NCBI GenBank assembly: GCA_965215605.1 | Contig: OZ244070.1 | Span: 3,328,001 to 3,392,000, forward strand | DNA from: an uncultured Candidatus Binatia bacterium | GTDB taxonomy: Bacteria; Desulfobacterota; Binatia; UBA9968; JAJDTQ01 | Reading direction: 5' to 3' | DNA length: 64,000 nt | Shown: piece by piece, positions 37,944 through 50,570 of the stretch | How the letters are laid out: every line of letters starts with the position of its first letter | Position numbering within the stretch: position 1 is the stretch's first letter | Translations under genes and position numbers: made by a program | The notes under the pieces: generated by a model | What the model was told of the DNA's origin: nothing | Seen by the model: the letters and a program-made list of their open reading frames with translations, nothing else | The model's database searches: none

Positions 37944-40367
37944 TCAGCGGTAGAGGTGTTCGTCGTCCACCAACGTCTTGGGCTTGCGGATCTGGGGCGT
38001 CAGGGACGGCAGTCCGGAACGCGCCCGGAACAGGAAGTCCACGGGGATGTACTCCTTCAGGAACGGGACCGGCGTCCGCACGCCGGCGTAGGGGCTGACG
38101 GCGTCGTTGCCGATGACCAGCTCGTCGGCGAGAAAGGACTTCGGCACATCCGTGCGCATGCTGATTCCGGAGGTCGTGACGCTGCCCTGCACGACGGGCA
38201 GTCCGTGGCGGTCGGTCTCCTTCTTGCTCAACAGCTCGTGGTCGATGATCGGCGATTCCGGGTCCGCGCCACGGCCGGTCCGCCGGATGAACGCCAGGTC
38301 GGCAGAGTCCGGGTGGCGGTCCGGCGCTTCGAACCGCATCAGACGGGACCGGAAGTCTTCGATGCCGTCCGTGTCGTCCTTGGCGCCCAGCCTGGCGAAC
38401 TCGTAGTGCCTGTCGCGCAGCAGGATTTCCAGGTTGTGGATCCGCTCCGGTGCCACGGAGCGGGTGAGGGTGCGCGTCCCTCGCGGGGTGTCGTAGTGCA
38501 GCAAGATGGTGTTGCGGCCGAGGATGTTGAGGCCGGCCTCCGCCAGCTCCATGTTGTGGACGTTGCCGTCGAAAAGCGTGGTCTTGAGTCCCAGGCCCCG
38601 GACTCCGTAGAGTTGCGGGTTCTCGGTGAGGAACCGTTTGCTGAGCCTCAGGCCCCGACTCTCCGGAGCGGCCAGCCCGGCCAGTTTCACCCTGGCCTGC
38701 TCTCCGGCCGGGGTGTCGGGGTAATATTGCAGAATCGTGGCGTACAGGGTCCGTTGCCGCGCCTTCTTGCCCGTCTGTTCGGCCGCCGTCAACAAGGTTT
38801 GTCCGGCCTCTTTCTCAAGTTCCTGAATTTCTTCCGCCGGAACATTGCCGGACAACCGGTAGTAGTGCAGCGCTTTGTGGGGGTGTCCCTTGCTTTCGTA
38901 GGCTTCCCCCAGCACTTCGTAGACGTCCCCGGACTTCTCGGAGCCGGGACGGGCCCGGACGTAGCCCGCGGCGGCGTCGATCACCGTCTGGTTCGACACC
39001 GGATTGCCGCTGAGAAGCTCCAGCAGGTTGCTGCTCACCATCAGGACGTTGGCGGTGCCCAGGGTGGTGGCTCCGGCGACACCGTGCGTAATGACCGGCG
39101 CCGCTCCGATGACGGCGTTCTTCTCCAGGAAGTCTTCTCCGAACAGGACGAACCGCACCTTGTCCATGCGATGCCCCGAGCGGGCGCGGTCGACGACCCG
39201 CAGCATGTTGTACTCCGGGCTGTTCAGCAGGGTACGCGCCCGCCCTCGCTCCCGCCACGAGGGCGCGCTCCGCGCGATCTCGGTCAGCATCCGTTTCGCG
39301 TCCTCGTGCCGTCCGTCGAGTTCCAGGGCCACGGCCCGGGAGTCCTTGGCCAGGGCCCCCAGAGGTTCGTCCGCGTATCGGTCCGCCATGACGCTCGCTT
39401 GTTTTTCGGTCTTCGCGGGATCCCTCCTGACCAGGGCGTAGAGCAATGCCTGGATCTCGGTCCGTTGTTCCGGCGTGGCGCCGGACAGGTTGTCGCCTTC
39501 GGCCACCGAGAGCAGCTCGCGCCGGTTCTCCCTCTCGGTCTCACGGGCCGCCTCGACCTCCCGGAACCGTTCCACCACGTCTTCCGCCTCGGCGTCCGCC
39601 ACGGCGGCGAGACGGACGTGCAACTCCGCCTCCTCGACCCTGCCCTCGTCGAGCGCCTTGTCGGCCTGTTCCAGTTGTCGATGTATCCAGGCGTCCCTCT
39701 TCTTCGTTCGAAGGACCGCCGCCGTCTCCGCCGCCTCGGCGCTTCCCGGGTGGTCGGGGAACCGGTCCAGGAAGCGTTCGTACAGTACCAGGGCCTTGCG
39801 CTCGGTCTCCGGCATGTACGGCGTCTGCGTCCGCCGCATCTCCGCGTAGGCGGTCTCGAAGGCGGCAGCGGCGTACGAGCCCGAAGCCAGCCGGAAGATG
39901 TCCATGGCCCCCAGCAGCCGGTTCAGGAACCCGCTCCATCGGCCGACATCGTTCTCGGCCAGCAATTCCTCCGCCTGTTCCAGATGGCTCGCGGCGCCGG
40001 GGAAGGTTTCCGCCAGGGCCTCCTCTTCCTCCTGGCCGGCGGAATCGCCGGGCGAGAGCCCTCTCACCGGTCCGGCCAGTCCGGTTGGCTCGGCGCCCCG
40101 CGCCGCCCGTTCCTTGTCCGCCTCTTTCAGAAAGCGGACATGCCCGGGAAGTTGCTCGGTCCGCCGGAGCAGGGTGTCGACGATGGCCCGGCGCGTGCGC
40201 CGCTCGATCGCGTCGGGAAAGTACCTCTCGGCCGTAACGGTTTTCTCGAACGGGTCGAAGTCCCGCGTCGGATCCAGAATTCGCTCGATGGGAACCCCGG
40301 ATGCCTGCGCGGCGGCGGAGCCCGGCAGTGCCAGAAGGATAAAGAGCAGCCATGCGCCGTACTTCAT
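37944..40367 (-). CDS. Large exported TPR-like hypothetical protein (807 aa)
   Basis: Sec signal MKYGAWLLFILLALPGSAAA; TPR/BamD-like segments (LYERFLDRFPDHPGS, YEVLGEAYE..G...KALHYY, ILQYYPDTPAG). Confidence 0.75.
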   Translation of the reverse strand: MKYGAWLLFILLALPGSAAAQASGVPIERILDPTRDFDPFEKTVTAERYFPDAIERRTRRAIVDTLLRRTEQLPGHVRFLKEADKERAARGAEPTGLAGPVRGLSPGDSAGQEEEEALAETFPGAASHLEQAEELLAENDVGRWSGFLNRLLGAMDIFRLASGSYAAAAFETAYAEMRRTQTPYMPETERKALVLYERFLDRFPDHPGSAEAAETAAVLRTKKRDAWIHRQLEQADKALDEGRVEEAELHVRLAAVADAEAEDVVERFREVEAARETERENRRELLSVAEGDNLSGATPEQRTEIQALLYALVRRDPAKTEKQASVMADRYADEPLGALAKDSRAVALELDGRHEDAKRMLTEIARSAPSWRERGRARTLLNSPEYNMLRVVDRARSGHRMDKVRFVLFGEDFLEKNAVIGAAPVITHGVAGATTLGTANVLMVSSNLLELLSGNPVSNQTVIDAAAGYVRARPGSEKSGDVYEVLGEAYESKGHPHKALHYYRLSGNVPAEEIQELEKEAGQTLLTAAEQTGKKARQRTLYATILQYYPDTPAGEQARVKLAGLAAPESRGLRLSKRFLTENPQLYGVRGLGLKTTLFDGNVHNMELAEAGLNILGRNTILLHYDTPRGTRTLTRSVAPERIHNLEILLRDRHYEFARLGAKDDTDGIEDFRSRLMRFEAPDRHPDSADLAFIRRTGRGADPESPIIDHELLSKKETDRHGLPVVQGSVTTSGISMRTDVPKSFLADELVIGNDAVSPYAGVRTPVPFLKEYIPVDFLFRARSGLPSLTPQIRKPKTLVDDEHLYR

Positions 40368-41281
40368 CGGTTCCGTCTCCTGATCCCCTGCATCAGGCCC
40401 TTCAACGCCTCGATCTTGCCGTTGGCTTCGAGCTTCTCCGGCGCGCCGTCCTGCTGGGCCACTTCCGCGTAGAGCTCCATGGCGGACTGCGCCAGTTCCT
40501 CGAAGGTTCCCATGTCGAAATCGAGGCCCTCCGGGTCGTTTCGGATGGAATACTCCTTGGCCAGGGTCACGTAATAGTCGCCGAAGTCCAGTTTGTGGCG
40601 ATGGTAGTTCTTGCTCTGTGCATGCCTGGACAGGAGTTCGCTGTAGCCCGCGATCACGAGCTCGTTGCCGTCGTTCATGCGGTGGCGGTTGAGTTCCACG
40701 AACGCTACCTTGGCGCGGTCGGTGCGTTCCGCCTCCACCCGCGCCAGAAATGCCAGCGGCGTTCCCTCGTGTTGCCGGATCAACGCGAGCCATGCCAGCC
40801 ACACATCGTCCAACGCCTCGATATACTTGAACGGATCGTCTTTGGGAAGGGCGGCGCCGGTGATGCGCCGGAACGTTTTCAGCGCGTCGAGATGGCGCCT
40901 TGCCGGCGCCGCCAGCTCCCCGCCGGCCCGGACCACGACCTGGTAGCGGCGGACGGCGCGGTCATAGTGTCCGAGACGTTCGTACGCGCTGGCTCGGGTG
41001 AACTCGACGATGTCCTTGTATCCATCCCCGTGCTTGCGCTCAAAGTCGTCCAGCCTCAATAGCGTCGCCTTCAGGATGTTGGTCCCGGTGACGTCCTTGG
41101 GGGTTTCGAACCGGTAGACGTTCTCGCGCGACAGCCGCTGAAACTCGTTGATGATCTCGAGCAGGTTCGCGGGTTGCACATAGCGAGGGTCCGGCTCCTG
41201 CGTGCGCGAGCAGGCAGCCGTGAGGAGAAGGGCCAACAGGCACGCGGCCGCTACGACTTTGTGGTGATGAGAGAATAGCAC
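40364..41281 (-). CDS. TPR-like lipoprotein (~305 aa); start codon tentative (GTG)
   Basis: Lipobox LTAA-C after a hydrophobic stretch; RASAYERLGHYDRAV..Y TPR-like motif; 4-bp overlap with the next gene. Confidence 0.7.
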   Translation of the reverse strand: MLFSHHHKVVAAACLLALLLTAACSRTQEPDPRYVQPANLLEIINEFQRLSRENVYRFETPKDVTGTNILKATLLRLDDFERKHGDGYKDIVEFTRASAYERLGHYDRAVRRYQVVVRAGGELAAPARRHLDALKTFRRITGAALPKDDPFKYIEALDDVWLAWLALIRQHEGTPLAFLARVEAERTDRAKVAFVELNRHRMNDGNELVIAGYSELLSRHAQSKNYHRHKLDFGDYYVTLAKEYSIRNDPEGLDFDMGTFEELAQSAMELYAEVAQQDGAPEKLEANGKIEALKGLMQGIRRRNR

Positions 41282-41607
41282 AGGATCAGCTCGTCCCCTT
41301 CGGCCGCGAAGTCGTGGGGAACGCCCCTGGGAATATGACACAGCATGCCGGGCCGGAGTTGCGTGACCGCTCCGGAAATGCGCAGCCGGCCGTGTCCCCG
41401 GAGCACGTGGCAGACCACGTCCTTGCCGTCGTGGACGATCTGCTTCGGGTCGGTTGTCGCGGTGGCGTTGAAGGAGACCAGTCCGACGTCGAAGCCGTCG
41501 CCCTTGAAGCAGCTCCGGTGTCGGATCTCGGAGTTGACCTCGGCGAGCTCGGTGAGCGCCGCGTCGATGCTCACCACCTTCAGGGCGCGCGAAGAGGGAT
41601 CGGACAC
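41251..41607 (-). CDS. Small cupin-domain protein
   Basis: H..KD.VC.VL.G.G...PG....IP.GVPH.F. Confidence 0.8.
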   Translation of the reverse strand: MSDPSSRALKVVSIDAALTELAEVNSEIRHRSCFKGDGFDVGLVSFNATATTDPKQIVHDGKDVVCHVLRGHGRLRISGAVTQLRPGMLCHIPRGVPHDFAAEGDELILCYSLITTKS

Positions 41608-42548
41608 TAGGATGCCGGCTCCGCGATGTGGCGCAGGATCGCCTCGACGGCCTGTCCCGCCCGCGCATCCGGGACCCTGCAGGATCCCACCACCCGGTGA
41701 CCGCCGCCGCCGTAGTGAGTCAGAAGCTCGCCGACGTTGACCGTGGAGGTGGTGTTGAAGATGTTGTAGCCCACCGAGATGGCGGTGGTGCCGGCCCGCT
41801 GAGAGTCCCGGGAAACCTTCATGGAGATGTTTCCGTCGGGGAAGAGCGTGTAGAGCAGGAACCGGTTGGCATCGGTCAGGTCCTCGGTGTCCCTGAGGTC
41901 AAGGAAGATGACGTTGCCACGGAGCTCGACGCGTTCCAGCAGTTGCCGGCGCAGCCGTTCCTGCAAGCCGAGGACACGCCGGCAACGCCGGTCCACCTCC
42001 GGGTCGTCCAGCACCTCGTCCAGGGAGCGGTCGCGGATCAGGTCGATGAGCCGGCGCCAGTAGGGCTCCTCGGCGCTTTCCTTGCCGTAGAGGGTCATGG
42101 AGATCAGCACGTAGCCCGCGGGGTCGAGAACGTCGTCCCGGGTCAGGGTGCCGCCGTCGATCTTGTCCGTATCCTCCAGCAGCGCGGTGAAGCGGTCGGT
42201 GCGCATCATGCGCAGGCCGTGGGCGTAGAGAGCGGGCGAAGCGCCGGGCACCTCCGAATAGTATTCGTACACCACCCGGGCCGCGCTCGGGGCCAGGCGG
42301 AAGCCGCCCCGACCCGGGACGATGGGGCGATCGAACCCCGAGGCCTCGTTGGTGAAGTGGTGGTCGAACCAAAGGGTGCATGCCGGGTGATAGGGGAGGT
42401 TGGCGATGATGTCCCCGGGGCGGATGTCGACGGCGCCGTCCTGCATGAACCTGGGTTCCACGAAAAGGTACGAATCGATGTCTTCCACGGCGGTGACGAG
42501 GGCGCCGCAGACAATGCCGTCGAAGTCGGGTCGCGTTACCAGCCTCAT
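41607..42548 (-). CDS. DHH-family phosphoesterase (exopolyphosphatase-like)
   Basis: RLVTRPDFDG, WFDHH, PSAARV, GGGGH. Confidence 0.85.
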   Translation of the reverse strand: MRLVTRPDFDGIVCGALVTAVEDIDSYLFVEPRFMQDGAVDIRPGDIIANLPYHPACTLWFDHHFTNEASGFDRPIVPGRGGFRLAPSAARVVYEYYSEVPGASPALYAHGLRMMRTDRFTALLEDTDKIDGGTLTRDDVLDPAGYVLISMTLYGKESAEEPYWRRLIDLIRDRSLDEVLDDPEVDRRCRRVLGLQERLRRQLLERVELRGNVIFLDLRDTEDLTDANRFLLYTLFPDGNISMKVSRDSQRAGTTAISVGYNIFNTTSTVNVGELLTHYGGGGHRVVGSCRVPDARAGQAVEAILRHIAEPAS

Positions 42549-43663
42549 GCGCAGAGAACCTCGTCTACCGGCGTCAGGGGGAGCTTCAGGGCGCTGGCAA
42601 CGCCGGCGTGGGTGACCCGTCCGCGGTGGACGTTGAGTCCTCGCGCCAACGGCCGCATCTCCTGCATCCCGCGCCGCAGGCCCTTGTCCGCGATGACAAG
42701 GCCGTAGGACAGCGTGGCGTTGGTCAGGGCGTGGGTGGCCGTGTGCGGCACCAGCGCGGGCATGTTGGTGACGCAATAGTGCACCACCCGCTCCTCGACG
42801 TAGGTGGGCTCGCGGTGCGTGGTGGGCCGGGAGGTCTCGGCGAACCCACCCTGATCGATGGAAACGTCGACGATGGCCGCGCCGCGCTTCATCCGCTTGA
42901 TCCGGTCCCGCTCCAGCAGCATCGGCGTTCTGTCCCCGGTGATGAGCACGGAGCCGATGAGCAGGTCCGCGCCGGCGATCTCCTCCTCCAGGTTGGCTTG
43001 GTTGGACATGAGGGTGGTCAGGCGTCCGCCGAGAATGTCGTGGATATACCGCAGCCGGGCGGGGTTCACGTCCAGCACGCTGACGTCGGCGCCCATGCCG
43101 GCCGCCACCTGGCACGCCGAGGCCCCCACGGTACCCGCTCCCAGCACCACCACCTTTCCCGGCCGGACTCCCGAGGCGCCTCCCAACAACACCCCTCTGC
43201 CGCCGCTCTCCGCCTGCAGGCACCAGGCCCCCACCTGCAGCGACAGCCGCCCGGCGATTTCGCTCATGGGAGTCAGCAGCGGCAGCGTGCCGTCGTCGAG
43301 CGCGATGGTTTCGTAGCCGATGGCGGTGACGCCCTTCTCGCACAGCGCGTGGGTGAGCTCGGGTTGGGCGGCCAGGTGGAGGTAGGTGAAGAGCGCGAGT
43401 TCCGGCCTCAGGCGGGCGAACTCCTCGGGTACCGGCTCCTTGACCTTCATGACGAGGTCGGAGCCGTCCCACACGTCTCCGGCGCGATCCACCACCGTGG
43501 CCCCGTTGGCGGTGTAGGCCCGGTTGGGAATATGGCTGCCCCGGCCGGCGTTGCGTTCCACCAGCACCCGATGACCGTGGGCGATGAACGCGGCCGCTCC
43601 GGCGGGCGTCAGCGCGACTCTGTTTTCGTCGGTTTTCAACTCCTTGGGGACGCCTACGACCAT
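42545..43663 (-). CDS. ald: Alanine dehydrogenase
   Basis: GVPKE.K..ENRVALTP, KVKEP, FTYLHLA, LLTPMSEIAGR, DVSIDQGG, YCVTNMP. Confidence 0.95.
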   Translation of the reverse strand: MVVGVPKELKTDENRVALTPAGAAAFIAHGHRVLVERNAGRGSHIPNRAYTANGATVVDRAGDVWDGSDLVMKVKEPVPEEFARLRPELALFTYLHLAAQPELTHALCEKGVTAIGYETIALDDGTLPLLTPMSEIAGRLSLQVGAWCLQAESGGRGVLLGGASGVRPGKVVVLGAGTVGASACQVAAGMGADVSVLDVNPARLRYIHDILGGRLTTLMSNQANLEEEIAGADLLIGSVLITGDRTPMLLERDRIKRMKRGAAIVDVSIDQGGFAETSRPTTHREPTYVEERVVHYCVTNMPALVPHTATHALTNATLSYGLVIADKGLRRGMQEMRPLARGLNVHRGRVTHAGVASALKLPLTPVDEVLCA

Positions 43664-43838
43664 TGATTCATTGGTACGTGAGCACCATCGGAGTGTCAAG
43701 ACGGCGTCGGCGGCGGGCTCCCCGCGGTGGTTTTATTGACCTCGTACTCCGGGCGTGTTAACGGGGAATTCAAGACCTGTTGCAAGCGGCATTCCGCGGG
43801 AGCGGAATGCCGGAGAGGGGCAGCGGAGCGGCAACACG

Positions 43839-44684
43839 ATGATTATCGACGGCAAGGCGGTGGCGAAGCAGGTGCGGGAGGAGGTGCGGAGGGACACGGA
43901 GCGCCTCCGCAGCGATCACGGCGTCGTGCCCGGGTTGGGCGTGGTGCTGGTGGGGGAAGACCCGGCGTCGCGCCTGTACGTACGGAACAAGGAAAAGGCG
44001 TGCGCGGACGCGGGCATCCGCTCGGTGGAGCACCTTTTCCCCGCGTCGGTGACCCAGCCCGAGCTCCTCGACCTGATCGGGCGCCTCAACCAGGACCCGG
44101 CCATACACGGTATTCTCGTGCAACTGCCGCTTCCCGACCACATCGCCGCCGACCGGATCCTCGAGGCGGTCTCTCCGGACAAGGACGTGGACGGCTTCCA
44201 CCCGGTGAACCAGGGGCTGCTGCTCTCCGGCGGCGACGGCTTCAAGCCCTGCACGCCCCTGGGGATCATGAGGCTGCTGGATTCGGTGGACTGCGAGCTC
44301 AAGGGCAAGACGGCTTTGGTGGTGGGCCGCAGCAACATCGTCGGCAAGCCGGTGGCGCTGATGCTGCTCGCGCGGCACGCCACGGTGACGCTTTGCCACT
44401 CGCGCACCCTCGACTTGGGCGGGGAGGTGGGGCGGGCGGATGTGGTGGTGGCGGCGGTGGGCAAGGCGCATGCCATTCGCGGCGAATGGATCAAGCCCGG
44501 CGCGGTGGTGATCGACGTGGGTATCAACCGGCTGCCCACCGGCAAGCTGGCGGGTGACGTCGAGTTCGAGCCGGCCCAGGAGCGGGCTTCGTGGATTTCC
44601 CCGGTGCCCGGAGGCGTCGGACCCATGACCATCGGCATGCTGCTTTCCAACACGCTGCTGTCGGCGCGGCGATCCCTGGAATAG
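43839..44684 (+). CDS. folD: Methylene-THF dehydrogenase/cyclohydrolase
   Basis: Y...[38 protein letters not shown]. Confidence 0.97.
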   Translation: MIIDGKAVAKQVREEVRRDTERLRSDHGVVPGLGVVLVGEDPASRLYVRNKEKACADAGIRSVEHLFPASVTQPELLDLIGRLNQDPAIHGILVQLPLPDHIAADRILEAVSPDKDVDGFHPVNQGLLLSGGDGFKPCTPLGIMRLLDSVDCELKGKTALVVGRSNIVGKPVALMLLARHATVTLCHSRTLDLGGEVGRADVVVAAVGKAHAIRGEWIKPGAVVIDVGINRLPTGKLAGDVEFEPAQERASWISPVPGGVGPMTIGMLLSNTLLSARRSLE

Positions 44685-44700
44685 GGCGAGGGTAGACGCC

Positions 44701-45780
44701 GTGGCCGGAGAAACGCCTCCCGGGAGGACTCCCCTCCACGCCCGCCATACGGCTCTCGGAGCCCGCATGGTGGAGTTCGCGGGGTGGGAGATGCCGGTCC
44801 AGTACCAGGGCATCCAGGCCGAGCACGTTGCGGTACGGACCCGCGCCGGGCTCTTCGACGTCAGCCACATGGGGGAGATCGAGGCCGCGGGTCCCGGCGC
44901 CTCCCGGTTCTGTCAACGGGTCACCACCAACGACGTCGAGCGGCTGAGCCCCTCGCAGGCGCAGTACACGCTGCTGCTGAACGAGCGGGCGGGAGTCATC
45001 GACGACCTGGTGATCTTCAGGCTGGAGGCCGAGCGGTACCTGCTGTGCGTCAACGCCTCCAGGCGGGCCGTAGACTTCGACTGGCTGGCAAGCCATGCGG
45101 GCGAAGACGTGACGGTACGCGACGTCAGCGACTCCTACGCGCTGCTGGCGCTCCAGGGGCCGGAGGCAGAGGGCATCCTCCAGCGGTTCACCGCGGCGGA
45201 GTTGCCGGCCGTCGAGGCGTTCAGCTTCGTTGCGGCCGAGGTGAGCGGGGTTCCCTGTATCGTTTCGCGCACGGGGTACACCGGGGAGGACGGCTTCGAG
45301 CTCTATTGCCCGGCGGCAGAGGCAGTCCGGTTATGGGACGCTCTGGCGGGTACCGGCGACGTGGAGCCTGCCGGGCTGGGGGCCAGGGATACGCTCCGTC
45401 TCGAAAAGGGTTTCCCGCTGTACGGCCACGAGCTCGACGAGACCACGACGCCGCCGGAGGCACGGCTCGGGTGGGTCACGAAGCTCGAAAAGGGACCGTT
45501 CATCGGCTCCGATGTCTTGTCCCGGAAGGAGCCGTTGGGGCGCCGCCTCGTGGGTCTGGAGATGGAAGGGGCGGGTATCGCCCGTGAGGGCTATCCGATT
45601 TTTCACGACGCCCGCGAGGTCGGACGGGTGACCAGCGGTACGCTTTCGCCGACTCTGGGGAAGGCCATCGCCCTGGCGTACGTATCGACGGAAGCGGCGG
45701 CTCTCGGCACGGAGGTGGGGGTGGAGATCCGCCGCCGACGGGTTCCGGCCCGTACCGTGCGGGTACCGTTCGTCCGCTAG
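44701..45780 (+). CDS. gcvT: Glycine cleavage system T protein
   Basis: RTPL...H, FAGWEMPVQY, LFDVSHMG, RTGYTGEDGFE, GLGARDTLRLE. Confidence 0.97.
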   Translation: MAGETPPGRTPLHARHTALGARMVEFAGWEMPVQYQGIQAEHVAVRTRAGLFDVSHMGEIEAAGPGASRFCQRVTTNDVERLSPSQAQYTLLLNERAGVIDDLVIFRLEAERYLLCVNASRRAVDFDWLASHAGEDVTVRDVSDSYALLALQGPEAEGILQRFTAAELPAVEAFSFVAAEVSGVPCIVSRTGYTGEDGFELYCPAAEAVRLWDALAGTGDVEPAGLGARDTLRLEKGFPLYGHELDETTTPPEARLGWVTKLEKGPFIGSDVLSRKEPLGRRLVGLEMEGAGIAREGYPIFHDAREVGRVTSGTLSPTLGKAIALAYVSTEAAALGTEVGVEIRRRRVPARTVRVPFVR

Positions 45781-45849
45781 CCCAACGCGCGCCGGCAGCG
45801 CCGGGCGGGGTGTGCCGGCAAGAGCACACGGACCGCCAAGGAGGAACAG

Positions 45850-46253
45850 ATGGAGTACCCGAAGGGTCTGAAGTATTCGCGGGAGCACGAGTGGGTCTCG
45901 GTGGAAGCCGGCGACACCGGGGTCATCGGGATCTCGGACTTCGCGCAGAACGAGCTGGGCGACGTGGTCTACGTGGAGGTGCCGGAGTTGGGAGAGAAGA
46001 TCAGCAAGGACGATCCCTTCGGCGCGGTGGAGTCGGTGAAGGCCGTGTCGGATCTCTACGCCCCGGTCAGCGGCACGGTCACCGAGGTCAATGACGCGCT
46101 GCCGGATACTCCGGGGCTCATCAACGAAGACCCTTACGGAGAAGGCTGGATCGTCAAGGTCACCCTGTCGGACATCGACGAGCTGGACGATCTGATGACG
46201 CCGGAGGAGTATGCGGACTTTTGTGAGGGTCAGGAGGATGACGACGACGGCGC

Positions 46254-46257
<4 letters not shown>
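45850..46257 (+). CDS. gcvH: Glycine cleavage system H protein
   Basis: [12 protein letters not shown] (lipoyl Lys), N.DPYG.GW. Confidence 0.97.
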
Positions 46258-49142
<2,885 letters not shown>

Positions 49143-49238
49143 AGCTTGCCGGCGCCTGTCAATCGGCCGGCTTTTGGGCTAGAATCGGTGCGTCGTTCCG
49201 TGACTCAGACGACCCGAAGCACACGAGGGGACCCCGCC

Positions 49239-49433
49239 ATGTTTGGTCTTGGAATCTGGGAACTTCTGATAATTCTGGTGATCGTCCTGGTGCTGTTCAG
49301 CCGAAGGCTGCCGGAGCTCGGCTCGGGGCTGGGCAAGGGAATCAAGGGTTTCCGCAAGTCGCTGCACGACCCGGACGAGATCGATGTGACCGGGACCGAC
49401 AAGGGGGAAGGGGAGGGTCCCAAGAAGGAATGA
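49239..49433 (+). CDS. tatA: Twin-arginine translocase TatA/TatE subunit
   Basis: MFGLG..EL.II..IVL.LF...LPELG..LGKGI..FRK. Confidence 0.9.
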   Translation: MFGLGIWELLIILVIVLVLFSRRLPELGSGLGKGIKGFRKSLHDPDEIDVTGTDKGEGEGPKKE

Positions 49434-49481
49434 CCTCTCCGAGGACCCGCAGTTTCTAAAGCCTGCTTGCGGAACCCGAGA

Positions 49482-50570
49482 CTAGGCGGCGGCCTCGGCG
49501 GAGACCACCCGGCAACTGAAGGATTCCACCGCCGTCTTGGGTTTCGGAAAGACGATGGTGAAGTCGGCGGACCCGTTGGGCGCGATCCGGTAGCTGCTCT
49601 GGGGCTTGAGGCTCTGAAGCAGCGAGATCTCGCGAAAGGTCATGTCCTGGATGATCTTGGCCGATATGGCGTTTCCCACGAACGTGACCTGCTGTGCTAT
49701 CTGTTTTCCTTCCGCGTCGAAGAGTCGCGCCTCGATCCGTACCTTGTGGATGCTCCGGTCGTTGCGGTTGGTGAGCTTCCCGGAAACGATGTAGACCTCG
49801 GTCCGGTTCAGGACCGGCCTGACTCCCGATACCAGCGACTCGACCACCAGAGTCTGCTTGAAGTGCCGGTTGTCGAAGACGGCGCTTCCGTACCACGGGA
49901 TCCGCCGTATCAGGGAGTCCAGGGGCTGTGGATTGGCCTGATAGATCAGCGCTACCAGAACGAAGGCGAGCACGGCCAGGCCCACGAGGCTCGCCATCGG
50001 CATGATCGAGCCTCTGGAATCCCCGAGTTGTCCGAGCAGCGGCCTTCCCGGCGGCGGCGCTTCCCGCGTGGGAGTCGCCGGGGAGTCATCCGCGATCTCG
50101 AAGTCCGGCTGCCGCTGGTCCAGGTCCGGGGAATCATCGTCTTCGGCCGCGGTCTCCTCCACCGGGTCCATCGCCGGCGCTTCCGCGGGCAGGGCTTCCG
50201 GGGCTCCGATCTCGAAGCCACGGTAGGAAGGGGCCAGGTCGCCGCCGCCGCCCTCGTTCGGATCGAGGTTGGCAAGGTCCGGCGCCGCCGGCTCCGTCGT
50301 TGCCGCGATGGTCTCCGGGGGCGATTCCGGCGTGTCCCCCGCTGGCGGGGTGTCCGGCTCGTCGGCGAGGTCCGGCGGGTCGCCGGTCCCGGAAACCTCG
50401 TCCGGCTGCTGCTCCGCGGCTGCAGGCGCTTCCTCGCCGGCCGACTGCAAGCGCACCTGGACCATGAAGACGTGCTGGCAGCGAGTGCAACGGAAGGTGG
50501 GCTTGGGTGCGTCGAAGACGCTGCCGCTCACCTTATAGGTGGTGGAACAGTTGGGACAGCGGATGATCAT
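49482..50570 (-). CDS. MJ0042-type zinc-ribbon / DUF3426 membrane protein (ZitP-like architecture)
   Basis: CPNC...C..C.H.F zinc finger, acidic Pro-rich linker, one TM helix, and a C-terminal beta domain (VSGKL.N). Confidence 0.82.
   Translation of the reverse strand: MIIRCPNCSTTYKVSGSVFDAPKPTFRCTRCQHVFMVQVRLQSAGEEAPAAAEQQPDEVSGTGDPPDLADEPDTPPAGDTPESPPETIAATTEPAAPDLANLDPNEGGGGDLAPSYRGFEIGAPEALPAEAPAMDPVEETAAEDDDSPDLDQRQPDFEIADDSPATPTREAPPPGRPLLGQLGDSRGSIMPMASLVGLAVLAFVLVALIYQANPQPLDSLIRRIPWYGSAVFDNRHFKQTLVVESLVSGVRPVLNRTEVYIVSGKLTNRNDRSIHKVRIEARLFDAEGKQIAQQVTFVGNAISAKIIQDMTFREISLLQSLKPQSSYRIAPNGSADFTIVFPKPKTAVESFSCRVVSAEAAA

Noticed and set aside
43664-43838. Glycine riboswitch upstream of folD-gcvTHP
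   Set aside because: A GGAGAG is present but the rest of the consensus (CCGAAG, CTCTCAGG) is not.
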